A DNA stretch of 64,000 nt, taken from the NCBI RefSeq assembly GCF_963921235.1, contig NC_086097.1, forward strand, positions 1,240,001 to 1,304,000, in the 5' to 3' direction. A program made the translations under genes and the position numbers. The notes beneath the pieces are model-generated. The model worked only from the letters and a program-made list of their open reading frames with translations. It ran no database searches and was not told where the DNA came from. Below are positions 13,930 to 25,049 of this stretch, piece after piece. The stretch is from Mobula hypostoma. Its lineage: Eukaryota. How positions within the stretch are numbered: position 1 is the first letter of the stretch; each line of letters opens with the position of its first letter.

Positions 13930-16840
13930 CAGAGGCTTGAGTGAGAGAAGGTGAAAAAGTTGTATGTAGATTGCTCAGCTAGGACAGTAGAGATGCCAGG
14001 GAGGGTAGTTGAATGCTCTTCTTATGGGACATGGAAAGGCACGGAATACCTGGGAGGACTGCAGACAGCTGAAACTTCTAACACTCCACATTAAGGAGTC
14101 GGAGCTGGAACTGGATGAACTCCAGATCATTCAGGAGGCTGAAGGGTGATAGAGGAGTAGTTACACCCAAGGTACAGGACACAGGAAACTGGGCAACACA
14201 CATAAAATGCTGGAGGAACTCAGCAGGCCAGGCAGCATCGATGGAAAACAAGTACAGTCGAAGTTTTGGGCCGAGACCGAGATAAGGTGGATGATCTTGT
14301 TGCACTATTACAGATGGCCAGGTATGATGCTGTGGCCATCATTGAATCGTGGCTGAAGGATGATTCTAGTTGGGAGCTGAATGTTCAAGGTTACATGTTG
14401 TACCAGAGGGACAGGAAGGGAGGCAGAGTGGGATGACGTGGCTCTGCTGGTGAAGAGTGGCATCAAATCAGCAGGAAGCTGTGACACAGGATCATAAGAT
14501 GTTGAATCCTTGTGGGTTGAGTTAAGAAACTGCAAGGGTAAGAGAACCCTGATGGCAGTTATATACAGGCCTCCCGACAGTGGCTGGGATGTGGACCACA
14601 GATTACAATGGGAAATAGAAAGGGTGTGTCAAAAGGGAAATGTGATAATTCATGGGGAACTTCAACATGCAGGTCGATTGGGAAAATCAGGTTGGTAATG
14701 GATTGCGACAGTGAGTTTGTTGAATGACAACAAGATGACTTTTTAGAGCAGTTTGTCGTTGAGCCTATTAGGGGAACAGCTATAGTGGATTGGGTATTAA
14801 GTAATGAATTAGAAGCGATTAGGGAGCTTACGGTAAAATAACTCAGGAGGCAATGATCACAATGTGATTGAGTTCAACTTGAAGTTTGGTAGGGGGAAAG
14901 TAAAGTCTGATATAAGAGTATATCAGTGGAGTAAATGAAATTACAGTGGTATGAGAGAGGAGCTGGCTAAAGTAAATTGGAAGAGACGCTGGCAGGGATG
15001 ACAGCACAGCAGCAATGGCGTTCATTTCTAGGGAAAATGAGGAAGGTGCAGGACAGATGTATTCCAAAAACAAAGAAATACTCAAATGGTAATAGTACCA
15101 CTGTGGCTGACAAGGGAAGTCAAAGCTAATGTAAAAGCGAAAGAGAGGGCATACAACAAAGCAAAAAAGTTAGTGGATGAAGAGGATTGGGAAGCTTTTA
15201 AAACCTACAGAGAGCAACAAAAAGAATCATTAGATGTGGAAAGGATGCTTTCCGTTGTGGGGGAATCTAGGACAAGAGGGCACAGCCTCAGGATAGGAGG
15301 GCGTCCATTTAAAACAGAGATGCGGAGACATTTCTTTCACCAGAGAGTGATGAATTTGTGGAATTTATTACCACAGACAGCTATGGAGACCAAATCGTAG
15401 TGTGTATTTAAGGTAGAGCTTAATAGGTTCTAGATTGGGCAAGGCATCAAGTTCTTTTAAGAGACTCCTGGATAGGTATATGGAGCTCAGAAAAATAGAG
15501 GGCAATGGGTAAAAATAGGTAATCTCTAAGGTAAGGACATGTTCAGCGCAGCTTTGTGGGCCAAAGGGCCTGTATTGTGCTGTAGGTTTTCTGTGTTACA
15601 GGGAGAAGGCTGGGGAGTGGGGTTGAGGGGAAAAAAGGATCAACCACGATCCAATGGCAGGGCAGACTTGATGGGCCAAATGGCCTAATTTTGTACCTAT
15701 GTCTTTTGTCTTATGGTCTTAATTGCCTTGTCAGCCATGGTTGCCTTCCCGTTTCATTTGAGAACAACTTCTTCTGTGGGACATACCTATTCTGTGACAT
15801 ATCTGTCCAGTGACTAATGGTGTTCCACAGGGGTCGGTGTTGGGACCACTTCTTTTCTATGCTGTATATAAATAATTTAGATGTTGGAATAGATGGCTTT
15901 GTTGCCAAGTTTGCAGATGATATGAAGATTGGTGGAGGGGCAGGTATTATTGAAGAAACGGGTAGGATGCAGAAGGACTTAGACAGATGAGGAGAATGGG
16001 CAAGAAAGTGGCAAATGAAATACAACGTTAGAAATTGCATGGTCATGCATTTTGGTAGTAGAAATAAACATGCAGACTATTTTCTAAATGAGGAGAAAAT
16101 CCAATAATCTGAGACACAGAGGGACTTGGGAGTCCTTGTGCAGAACACCCTGAAGGTTAACTTGCAGGTCGAGTCGGTGGTGAGGAAGGCAAATGCAATG
16201 TTAGCATTCTTTTCAAGAGGTCTAGAATACAAGAGCAGGGATGTGATGCTGAGGCTTTATAAGGCACTGGTGAGGTCTCACCTTGAGTACTGTGAACAGT
16301 TTTGGGCCCCTCATCTTAGAAAAGATGTGCTGGCATTGGAGAGGGTCCAGAGGAGGTTCATAAGGATAATTCCAGGAATGAAAGGGTTATCATACGGGGA
16401 ATGTTTGATGGCTCTGGAACTGTACTCACTGGAATTCAGAAGGATGAGGGGGGGGATCTCATTGATCGAATGTTGAAAGGCCTAGATGGAGTAGATGTGC
16501 AAAGGGTATTTCTCACGGTGGAAGAGTCTAGGACAAGAGGGCACAGCCTCAGGATAGAGGGCACCCTTTCAAAACGGAGATGCAGAGAAATTTCTTTAGC
16601 CAAAGGGTGGTGAATTTGTGGAATTTGTTGCCACATGCAGCTGTGGAGGCCAGGTCGTTGGATGTATTTAAGGCAGAGATTGATAGGTTCTTGATTGGAC
16701 ATGGCATCAAAGGTTACCAGGAGAAGGGCAGGAACTGGGGTTGAGGAGGAGAGGAAAAAAAAGGATCAGCCATGATTGAATGGCAGACTAGACTCGATGG
16801 GCCAGATGGCCTAAATCTGCTCCTATGTCTTATGGTCTTA
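13930..16840 (+). mobile_element. Mosaic of CR1 fragments (ORF1, APE, 3' ends, RT to 3' UTR)
   Basis: WVELRNCKGK...[27 protein letters not shown]; tail tgtcttatggtcttat at about 16830. Confidence 0.8.
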
Positions 16841-17346
16841 TCCTGCACCTTGTGAACTATTCCCAGCAACTTCAGCCATCTCTACCCTATCATTATCCCC
16901 GCCAGTATCCTCCTTCAATCCACCTGGGCAAACTTATAGAAACATAGAAAACCTACAGCACAATACAGGCCCTTCGGCCCACAAAGTTGTGCCGAACATG
17001 TCCCTACCTTAAAAATTACTGGGGTTACCCATAGCCCCCTATTTTTCTAAGCTCCATGTACCTATCCAAAAGTCTCTTAAAAGACCCTATCGTATCCATC
17101 TCCACCATCGTTGCTGGCAGCCCATTCCACGCACTCACCACTCTGACTAAAAAACTTACCCCTGACATCTCCTCTGTACCTACTCCTCAGCACCTTAAAC
17201 CTGTGTCCTCCTGTGGCAACCATTTCAGCCCTGGGAAAAAGCCTCTGACTATCCACACGATCAATGCCTCTCATCATCTTATACACCTCTATCAGGTCAC
17301 CTCTCATCCTCCGTCGCTCCGAGGAGAAAAGGCCGAGTTCACTCAA

Positions 17347-19294
17347 GTCAAGTCAAGTCACTTTTTATTGTGGCTAATGTAACCCCACTTTTTAAAAAAG
17401 GAGAGAGAGAGAAACCGGGGAATTATAGACCGGTTAGCCTAACGTCGGTGGTGGGGAAACTGCTGGAGTCAGTTATCAAAGATGTGATAACAGCACATTT
17501 GGAAAGCGGTGAAATCATCGGACAAAGTCAGCATGGATTTGTGAAAGGAAAATCATGTCAGATGAATCTCATAGAATTTTTTGAGGATGTAACTAGTAGA
17601 GTGGATAGGGGAGAACCAGTGGATGTGGTATATTTGGATTTTCAAAAGGCTTTTGACAAGGTCCCACCCAGGAGATTAGTGTGCAAACTTAAGGCACACG
17701 GTATTGGGGGTAAGGTATTGATGTGGATGGTGAATTGGTTAGCAGACGGGAAGCAAAGAGTGGGAATAAACGGGACCTTTTCAGAATGGCAGGCAGTGAC
17801 TAGTGGGGTACCGCAAGGCTCAGTGCTGGGACCCCAGTTGTTTACAATATATAGTAATGACTTGGATGAGGGAATTAAATGCAGCATCTCCAAGTTTGCG
17901 GATGACACGAAGCTGGGTGGCAGTGTTAGCTGTGAGGAGGATGCTGAGAGGACGCAGAGTGACTTGGATAGGTTGGGTGAGTGGGCAAATTCATGGCAGA
18001 TGCAATTTAATGTGGATAAATGTGAAGTTATCCACTTTGGTGGCAAAAATAGGAAAACAGATTATTATCTGAATGGTGGCCGATTAGGAAAAGGGGAGGT
18101 GCAACAAGACCTGGGTGTTATTATACACCAGTCATTGAAAGTGGGCATGCAGGTACAGCAGGCAGTGAAAAAGGCGAATGGTATGCTGGCATTTATAGCG
18201 AGAGGATTGGAGTACAGGAGCAGGGAGGTACTACTGCAGTTGTACAAGGCCTTGGTGAGACCACACCTGGAGTATTGTGTGCAGTTTTGGTCCCCTAATC
18301 TGAGGAAAGACATCCTTGCCATAGAGGGAGTACAAAGAAGGTTCACCAGATTGATTCCTGGGATGGCAGGACTTTCATATGAAGAAAGACTGGATGAACT
18401 GGGCTTGTACTCGTTGGAATTTAGAAGATTGAGGGGGGATCTGATTGAAACGTATAACATCCTAAAGGGATTGGACAGGCTAGATGCAGGAAGATTGTTC
18501 CCGATGTTGGGGAAGTCCAGAACAAGGGGCCACAGTTTGAGGATAAAGGGGAAGCCTTTTAGGACTGAGATTAGGAAAAACTTCTTCACACAGAGAGTGG
18601 TGAATCTGTGGAATTCTCTGCCACAAGAAACAGTTGAGGCCAGTTCATTGGCTATATTTAAGAGGGAGTTAGATATGGCCCTTGTGGCTACGGGGATCAG
18701 GGGGTATGGAGGGAAGGCTGGGGCGGGGTTCTGAGTTGGATGATCAGCCATGATCATAATAAATGGTGGTGCAGGCTCGAAGGGCCGAATGGCCTACTCC
18801 TGCACCTATTTTCTATGTTTCTATGTTTCTATAACGGCTGGTACAGAACATAGTAAAAATGAGACAATGTTTTTCAGGACCATGGTGCTACATGAAACAA
18901 TACAAAAACTACACTGAACTACATAAGAAAAAAACACCACAAACTACACTGGACTACAGACCTACCCAGGACTGCATAAAGTGCACAAAACAGTGCAGGC
19001 ATTACAATAAATAACAAACAAGAGAATAGGCACAGTAGAGGGCAGTAGGTTGGTGTCAGTCCAGGCTCTGGGTATTGAGGAGTCTGATGGCTTGGGGGAA
19101 GAAACTGTTACATAGTCTGGTCGTGAGAGCCTGAATGCATCGCTGCCTTTTTCCAGAGGGCAGGAGAGAGAAGAGTTTGTATGAGGGGTGCGTTGTGTCT
19201 TTCATAATCCTGTTTGCTTTGCGGATGCAGCGTGTGGTGTAAATATCTGTGATGGCGGGAAGAGAGACCCCGACGATCTTCTAAGCTGTTGAGA
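17347..19294 (-). mobile_element. 5'-truncated Rex1-like LINE 3' end (17347-17369 plus 18831-19294), split by a CR1
   Basis: Minus strand reads AEKIVGVSLPAITDIYTTRCIRKANRIMKDTTHPSYKLFSLLPSGKR...FFPQAIRLLN; (gactt)n tail; TSD ttcactcaa at 17338-17346 and 19295-19303. Confidence 0.8.
17370..18830 (+). mobile_element. Young 5'-truncated CR1 with an uninterrupted 454-aa RT/C-terminal ORF
   Basis: Open frame 17370-18734 with [34 protein letters not shown] and HLEYCVQFWSP; (tttctatg)n tail at 18810-18830. Confidence 0.93.
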
Positions 19295-19828
19295 TTCACT
19301 CAACCTATTCTCATAAGGCATGCTCCCCAATCCAGGCAACATCCTTGTAAATCTCCTCTGCACCCTTTCTATGGATTCCACATACTTCCTGTAGTGAGGC
19401 GACCAGAACTGAGCACTGTACTCCAAGGGGGGCCTGACCAGGGTCCTATATAGCTGCAACATTACCTCTCGGCTCTTAAACGCAATTCCACGATTGATGA
19501 AGGCCAATACACCATACACCTTCTTAACCACAGAGTCAACCTGTGCAGCTGCTTTGAGCGTCCTATGGATTTAGACCCCAAGATCCCTCTGATGCTCCAC
19601 ACTGCCAAGAGTCTTACCCTTAATACTATATTCTGCCATCATATTTGACCTACCAAAATGAACCACTTCTTATCTGGGTTGAACTCTATCTGCCACTTCT
19701 CAGCCCAGTTTTGCATCCTATCAATGTCCCACTGTAACCTCTGACAGCCCTCCATACTATCCACAACACCTCCAACCTTTGTGTCATTAGCAAACTTACT
19801 AACCCACCCCTCCACTTCCTCATCAAGG

Positions 19829-20115
19829 TGTGGCGACCCACTTTCTGGCACCCACGAACCGGCTTACGAAACAGCGCGCGCAGGCAGAGGGCCGGCAGCA
19901 AAAAGGGCGCCAGGCCATCTTCACCAGCAGGGGGAAAATCCCGCGCGCAGAAAGGGTCTGGGAATATGCATTCCCCACAGTAGTCCCGCCCAGGGAGGGC
20001 GGGAACGGGAAGGCTTTAAAGCGGGCCGCAAAGTTTGAATAAATCTCTTTCATCGCAACTCTAACTCACCGACTCTGTGTGGTTATTCTAGCGCTGTGTG
20101 TAGCACATCGCTACA
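19829..20115 (+). repeat. 5' LTR
   Basis: TGTGGCG...GCTACA; TATA-like tttaaa at 20015-20020 and AATAAA at 20038-20043; 5 mismatches versus the 3' LTR by manual alignment. Confidence 0.96.
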
Positions 20116-20117
20116 AT

Positions 20118-20131
20118 TGGTGACCCCGACG
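20118..20131 (+). promoter_or_regulatory. Primer binding site complementary to the tRNA-Trp 3' end
   Basis: TGGTGACCCCGACG, 2 nt after the LTR, is the reverse complement of the eukaryotic tRNA-Trp end ...CGTCGGGGTCA-CCA. Confidence 0.88.
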
Positions 20132-20155
20132 GCCCAAACGATATTTGGACCAGAG

Positions 20156-20830
20156 ATGGCCGACGCTGCATCTGTTCACGCAGTTTCGTTAAAACTGCCA
20201 AGCTTCTGGACGCTGCGACCCTATTTATGGTTTGAACAAGCAGAAGCACAATTCCACATTCGGCAGATAACCTTGGAGTCCAGTCGCTACTACCACGTGC
20301 TGAGCTCCCTCAACCAGGAGACTGCTGCACAAGTTGAGGAGTTTATACAGTCGCCCCCGGAGGACGGCAAATACACAGCATTCAAAGCCCTGCTCATAAG
20401 GACTTTCGGACTCTCACAGCGCGAACGAGCACGCCGCTTAATGCACCTGGATGGTTTGGGAGACAGGCCGCCGTCAGCATTAATGAACGAGATGCTGGCC
20501 CTGGCTGAAGGACACAAACCCTGCCTCATGTTTGAGCAGGCATTCCTAAAGCAACTGCCCGAGGACATATGCCTGCTGCTGTCTGACGCAGATTTCAGCA
20601 ATCCCCGGGAGGTGGCGGCCCGAGCAGATGTGCTGTGGAATGCCAGGAAAGAGAGAGGGGCATCCGTCGCACAGATCACCAAGCCGCGTGCCCAACGACA
20701 GACCAGACCAGGCCCGGCAGCAGAGCCCAACGAACAATGGTGTTTCTACCACCAGCGGTGGGGCACGGAGGCCCGCCGCTGCAGACCACCCTGCAAATTC
20801 CCGGGAAACGCCAGGGCCAGCCGCCGCTGA
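20156..20830 (+). CDS. gag: Gypsy Gag, intact, 224 aa, with a CHCC zinc motif
   Basis: ATG at 20156; LKLPSFW...WFEQAEAQF N-terminus; CFYHQRWGTEARRCRPPC (C-x2-H-x9-C-x3-C). Confidence 0.88.
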   Translation: MADAASVHAVSLKLPSFWTLRPYLWFEQAEAQFHIRQITLESSRYYHVLSSLNQETAAQVEEFIQSPPEDGKYTAFKALLIRTFGLSQRERARRLMHLDGLGDRPPSALMNEMLALAEGHKPCLMFEQAFLKQLPEDICLLLSDADFSNPREVAARADVLWNARKERGASVAQITKPRAQRQTRPGPAAEPNEQWCFYHQRWGTEARRCRPPCKFPGNARASRR

Positions 20831-23800
20831 TGGCTACGGTGGCTGGCCATCAGGACAGCCTCCTGTACGTCTGGGACAAGCAGTCAGGACGCCGATTTTT
20901 GGTCGACACCGGAGCGGAGATCAGCGTCTTACCTCCAACGAGTTATGACACCCGCAACAGAGAACCAGGACCCACCCTGAGGGCCGCTAATGGCAGCACA
21001 ATACGAACCTACGGCACCCGCACGGTGCGGCTACAGTTCAGCTCCAGCCGGTTCACGTGGGACTTCACACTGGCCCCCGTGGCCCAACCACTGCTGGGGG
21101 CAGATTTTCTACGAGCCCACAGCCTGCTGGTCGACTTGCAAGGGAAGCGATTAGTCCACGCCAAGACTTTTCAAACGTTCTCCCTGGGTGAAGCACAGTT
21201 GCCAGCCCCATACCTGGACTCCATCACGCTGTCCGACGATGAATTCACCAGGGTCCTGGCAATTTCCCATCAGTACTGACACCGTAGTTCACGGCAGCCA
21301 TGCCCAGACACGGAGTACAGCACCACATCCCGACCCAGGGACCACCCCTCCACGCCTGTGCTCGAAGGCTTCCCCCGGACAAGCTCCGACTGGCGAAGGA
21401 GGAGTTCAAGAAGATGGAGGAATTAGGGATCATACGACGGTCCGACAGCCCATGGGCCTCCCCCCTTCACATGGTGCCCAAGGCAACGGGGGGCTGGAGA
21501 CCATGCGGTGACTACCGCAGACTCAACGAGGCTACAACGCCAGACCGCTACCCTGGGCCGCACATTCAAGACTTCGCAGCAAACCTACACGGCGCAAGGA
21601 TCTTTTCCAAGGTCGACCTCGTCCGGGGATACCATCAAATCCCTGTACATCCGGACGACATCCCCAAAACAGCACTTATCACCCCGTTCGGACTTTTCGA
21701 ATTCCTCCAAATGCCGTTTGGTCTAAAGAATGCCGCACAGACTTTCCAGCGGCTAATGGACGCGGTGGGACGTGACCTGGACTTTGCATTCATCTATTTG
21801 GACGACATCCTCATAGCCAGCAGTAGTTGGCAGGAGCATCTGTCCCACCTCCGCCAGTTCTACTCCCGCCTGAGTGAATTCGGCCTTACAATCAATCCAG
21901 CCAAATGCCAGTTCGGACTCGACACCATCGACTTCCTGGGCCACAGGATTACTAAAGACGGGGCAACCCCGCTGCCCGCCAAGGTAGACGCGGTCCGCCA
22001 CTTCCCCCGACCCAACACAATCAAAGGCTTGCAGGAATTCGTGGTATGGTGAATTTCTACACCGTTTCCTCCCCTCAGCAGCCCGAACCATGCGCCCCTT
22101 GTTCACTCTAATGTCGGGTAAGGGTAAGGACATTACCTGGAACGAAGAGGCCGCAACCGCTTTCGTTAAAACCAAAGAAGCCTTGGCAAACGCCGCGGTG
22201 CTAGTGCACCCCAGAACGGACGTTCCTACTGCCCTCACGGTGGACGCATCCAACACAGCAGTCGGTGGAGTGCTGGAACAACTCATCGAGGGTCGCTGGC
22301 AACCCCTGGCGTTGTTCAGCAAACACCTACGACCACCCGAACTCAAATACAGTGCTTTCGACCGGGAGCTATTGGCACTATACCTGGCAATCCGGCATTT
22401 CAGTTACTTCTTAGAAGGGAGGCCCTTCACCGCGTTCACAGACCACAAACCGCTTACCTTTGCGTTCACTAAGGTGTCCGACCCCTGGTCGTCCCGCCAG
22501 CAGCGACATCTGTCCTACATCTCCGAGTACACGACGGACATCCGGCATGTCTCTGGAAAGAACAATGTCGTGGCAGACACACTTTCCAGACCTACCATAC
22601 AGGCCCTGTCCCAGGGGGTGGACTATGCAGCGCTGGCAGAGGCACAGCAGGCAGACGCTGAGATCTCCAGTTACAGGACTGCAGTCTCCGGTTTGCAGCT
22701 CCAAGACCTCCCCGTAGGCCCAGGTTAGAGGACCCTACTATGTGACGTAGCTACTGGCCAACCCCGCCCCGTCGTCCCAGCAGCCTGGCGCCGGCGGGTG
22801 TTCGAATCCATTCACAACTTAGCGCACCCCTCCATCAGGACAACTGTCCGGCTGGTCTCCAACAGGTTCGTGTGGATGGACTTCGTAAACAGGTCAGTGA
22901 ATGGGCCAAAACGTGTATGCAGTGCCAAACGGCCAAGGTGCAGCGGCACACCAAGGCTCCATCGCAGCGGTTCGAACCCACCCGCCGGAGGTTCGACCAC
23001 ATCCATGTGGATATCGTGGGGTCCCTGCCAGTGTCACGAGGAGCGCGGTACCTCCTAACTATGATAGACCGGTTCACCAGATGGCCAGAGGCAGTCCCGC
23101 TCAGCGACACCACCTCCGAATCCTGCGCCCGAGCACTGATCGCAACCTGGGTAGCCTGCTTCAGGATACCGGCCCACATTACCTCCGACAGGGGCGCCCA
23201 GTTCACCTCCAGCCTGTGGTCAGCTATGGCCAGACTTTTAGGAACACAGCTACACCACACAACTGCCTACCACCCACAGTCGAACGGACTAGTGGAGCGC
23301 TTCCACCGTCACCTGAAGTCGGCTCTCATGGCCCACCTGGAGGGGCCTAACTGGGTGGACGAACTTCCCTGGGTCCTGCTCGGAATCCGCACGGCACCCA
23401 AAGAGGATCTACACACCTCGTCGGCCGAGTTGGTGTACGGCGCGCCCCTGGTCGTCCCAGGAGAGTTCATACCAGCCCCAAGGGGGCAAGAGGAAGAACC
23501 CACAGCAGTCCTGGACAGACTACGGGAGAGGCTCGGTAACCTGGCCCCCATGCCCACTTCACAGCACAGATAGAGCCCGACCTGCGTAACCAAAGACCTG
23601 CAGAACTGTAAGTTTCTTTTTGTACGACGGGGCGGACACCGGGCACTGCTGCAGCAGCCCTACGAGGGGCCGTTTAAGGTGATCAGGAACAACGGGTCCA
23701 CATTCGTGCTGGACATTGGGGGGAGAGAGGAGGTTTTCACGGTGGACCGACTCAAACCGGCCCATGTGGACTTGGCGCAACCGGTCCAGGCTCAGGCACC

Positions 23801-23886
23801 GCGGTGCAGGGGCAGACCTCCCAAACAGAGGCCGATCCAGACTGTGGACATTGGGGGAGGTATCGCCGGTTCTGGGGGGGGGGTTA
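20803..23886 (+). pseudogene. pol: Gypsy pol (protease, RT, RNase H, integrase), disrupted
   Basis: FLVDTGAEIS (PR); YLDD (RT); TVDAS...DRELLA...TDHKPL (RH); HxxxH...CxxC, HVDIVG, SDRG and NGLVER (IN); PYEGPFKV (GPY/F). Frameshifts near 21261, 22043, 22061 and 22877; TAG stops at 21285, 22726 and 23571. Confidence 0.9.
23874..23883 (+). promoter_or_regulatory. Polypurine tract
   Basis: G10 run ending 3 nt before the 3' LTR. Confidence 0.75.
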
Positions 23887-24173
23887 TGTGGCGACCCACT
23901 TTCTGGCACCCACGAACCGGCTCACGAAACAGCGCGCGCAGGCAGAGGGCCGGCAGCAAAAAGGGCGCCAGGCCATCTTCACCAGCAGGGGGAAAATCCC
24001 GCGCGCAGAAATGGTCTGGGAATATGCATTCCCCACAGTAGTCCCGCCCAGGGAGGGTGGGAACGGGAAGGCTTTAAAGCGGGCCGTGAAGTTTGAATAA
24101 ATCTCTTTCATCGCAACTCTAACTCACCGACTCTGTGTGGTTATTCTAGCGCTGTGTGTAGCACATCGCTACA
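23887..24173 (+). repeat. 3' LTR
   Basis: Direct repeat of 19829-20115, followed by TSD AAGG. Confidence 0.96.
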
Positions 24174-25049
24174 AAGGGTTATTTATAAATATCACGAAGA
24201 GTAAGGGTGCCAGAACAGATCCCTGAGGCACACCACCAGTCACCGACCTCCATGCAGAATATGACCCATCTACAACCACTCTTTCCCTTCTGTGGGCAAG
24301 CCAGTTCTGGATCAACAATGCAATGTCCCTTTGGATCCCATGCCTCCTTACTTTCTCAATAAACCTTCAATGGGGTACCTTATCAAATGCCTTGCTGAAA
24401 TCCATATACACTTTCTTGAATAAGAGAACAACATCTGCAACCCACCAATCCTCTGGAACCTCTCTCGTCCCCATTGATGATGCAAGGATCATTGCCAGAG
24501 GTTCAGCAATCTCCTCCCTCGCCTCCCACAGTAACCTGGGGTATATCTCTTTCGGTTCCGGAGACTTATCCAATTTGATGCTTTCCAAATGCTCCAGCAC
24601 ATCCTCTTTCTTAATGTCTATATGCTCAAGCTTTTCAGTCCGCTGTAAATCATCACGACAATTGCCAAGACCTTTTTCTATAGTGAATACTGAAGCAAAG
24701 TATTCATTAAGCACCTCTGCTATTTTCTCCAGTTCCATACACACTTTTCCGCTGTCACACTTGATAGGTCCTATTCTTTCACGTCTTATCCTCCTGCTCT
24801 TCATATACTTGTAGAATGCCTGGGGTTTTCTTTAATCCCGCTCACGAAGGCCTTCTCATGGCCCCTTCTGGCTGTCTTAATTTTATTCTTATGTTCCTTC
24901 CTGCTAGCCTTATAATCTTCTAGATCTCTATCATTACCTAGTTTTTTGAACCTTTTGCAAGCTTTTCTTTTCTTCTTGACTAGATTTTTAACAGCCTTTG
25001 TACACCATGGTTCCTGTGCCTACCATCCTTTCCCTGTCTCATTGGAACG

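Larger units (their letters stand above)
19829..24173 (+). mobile_element. Full-length Ty3/Gypsy LTR retrotransposon, CsRn1/Kabuki-like
   Basis: Two 287-bp TG...CA LTRs, 4-bp TSD AAGG (19825-19828 and 24174-24177), PBS, PPT, and gag followed by PR-RT-RH-IN. Confidence 0.96.

Noticed and set aside
18065..18757. Long antisense ORFs over CR1 and Gypsy coding regions (230 aa here; others at 21753-22346 and 39631-40026)
   Set aside because: They are shadow frames of TE ORFs with no recognisable domain.
20156..20830. Intact Gag as a possibly domesticated gene
   Set aside because: The element is young, with both LTRs and the TSD present. A 675-bp ORF staying open while the 3-kb pol decays is compatible with chance.
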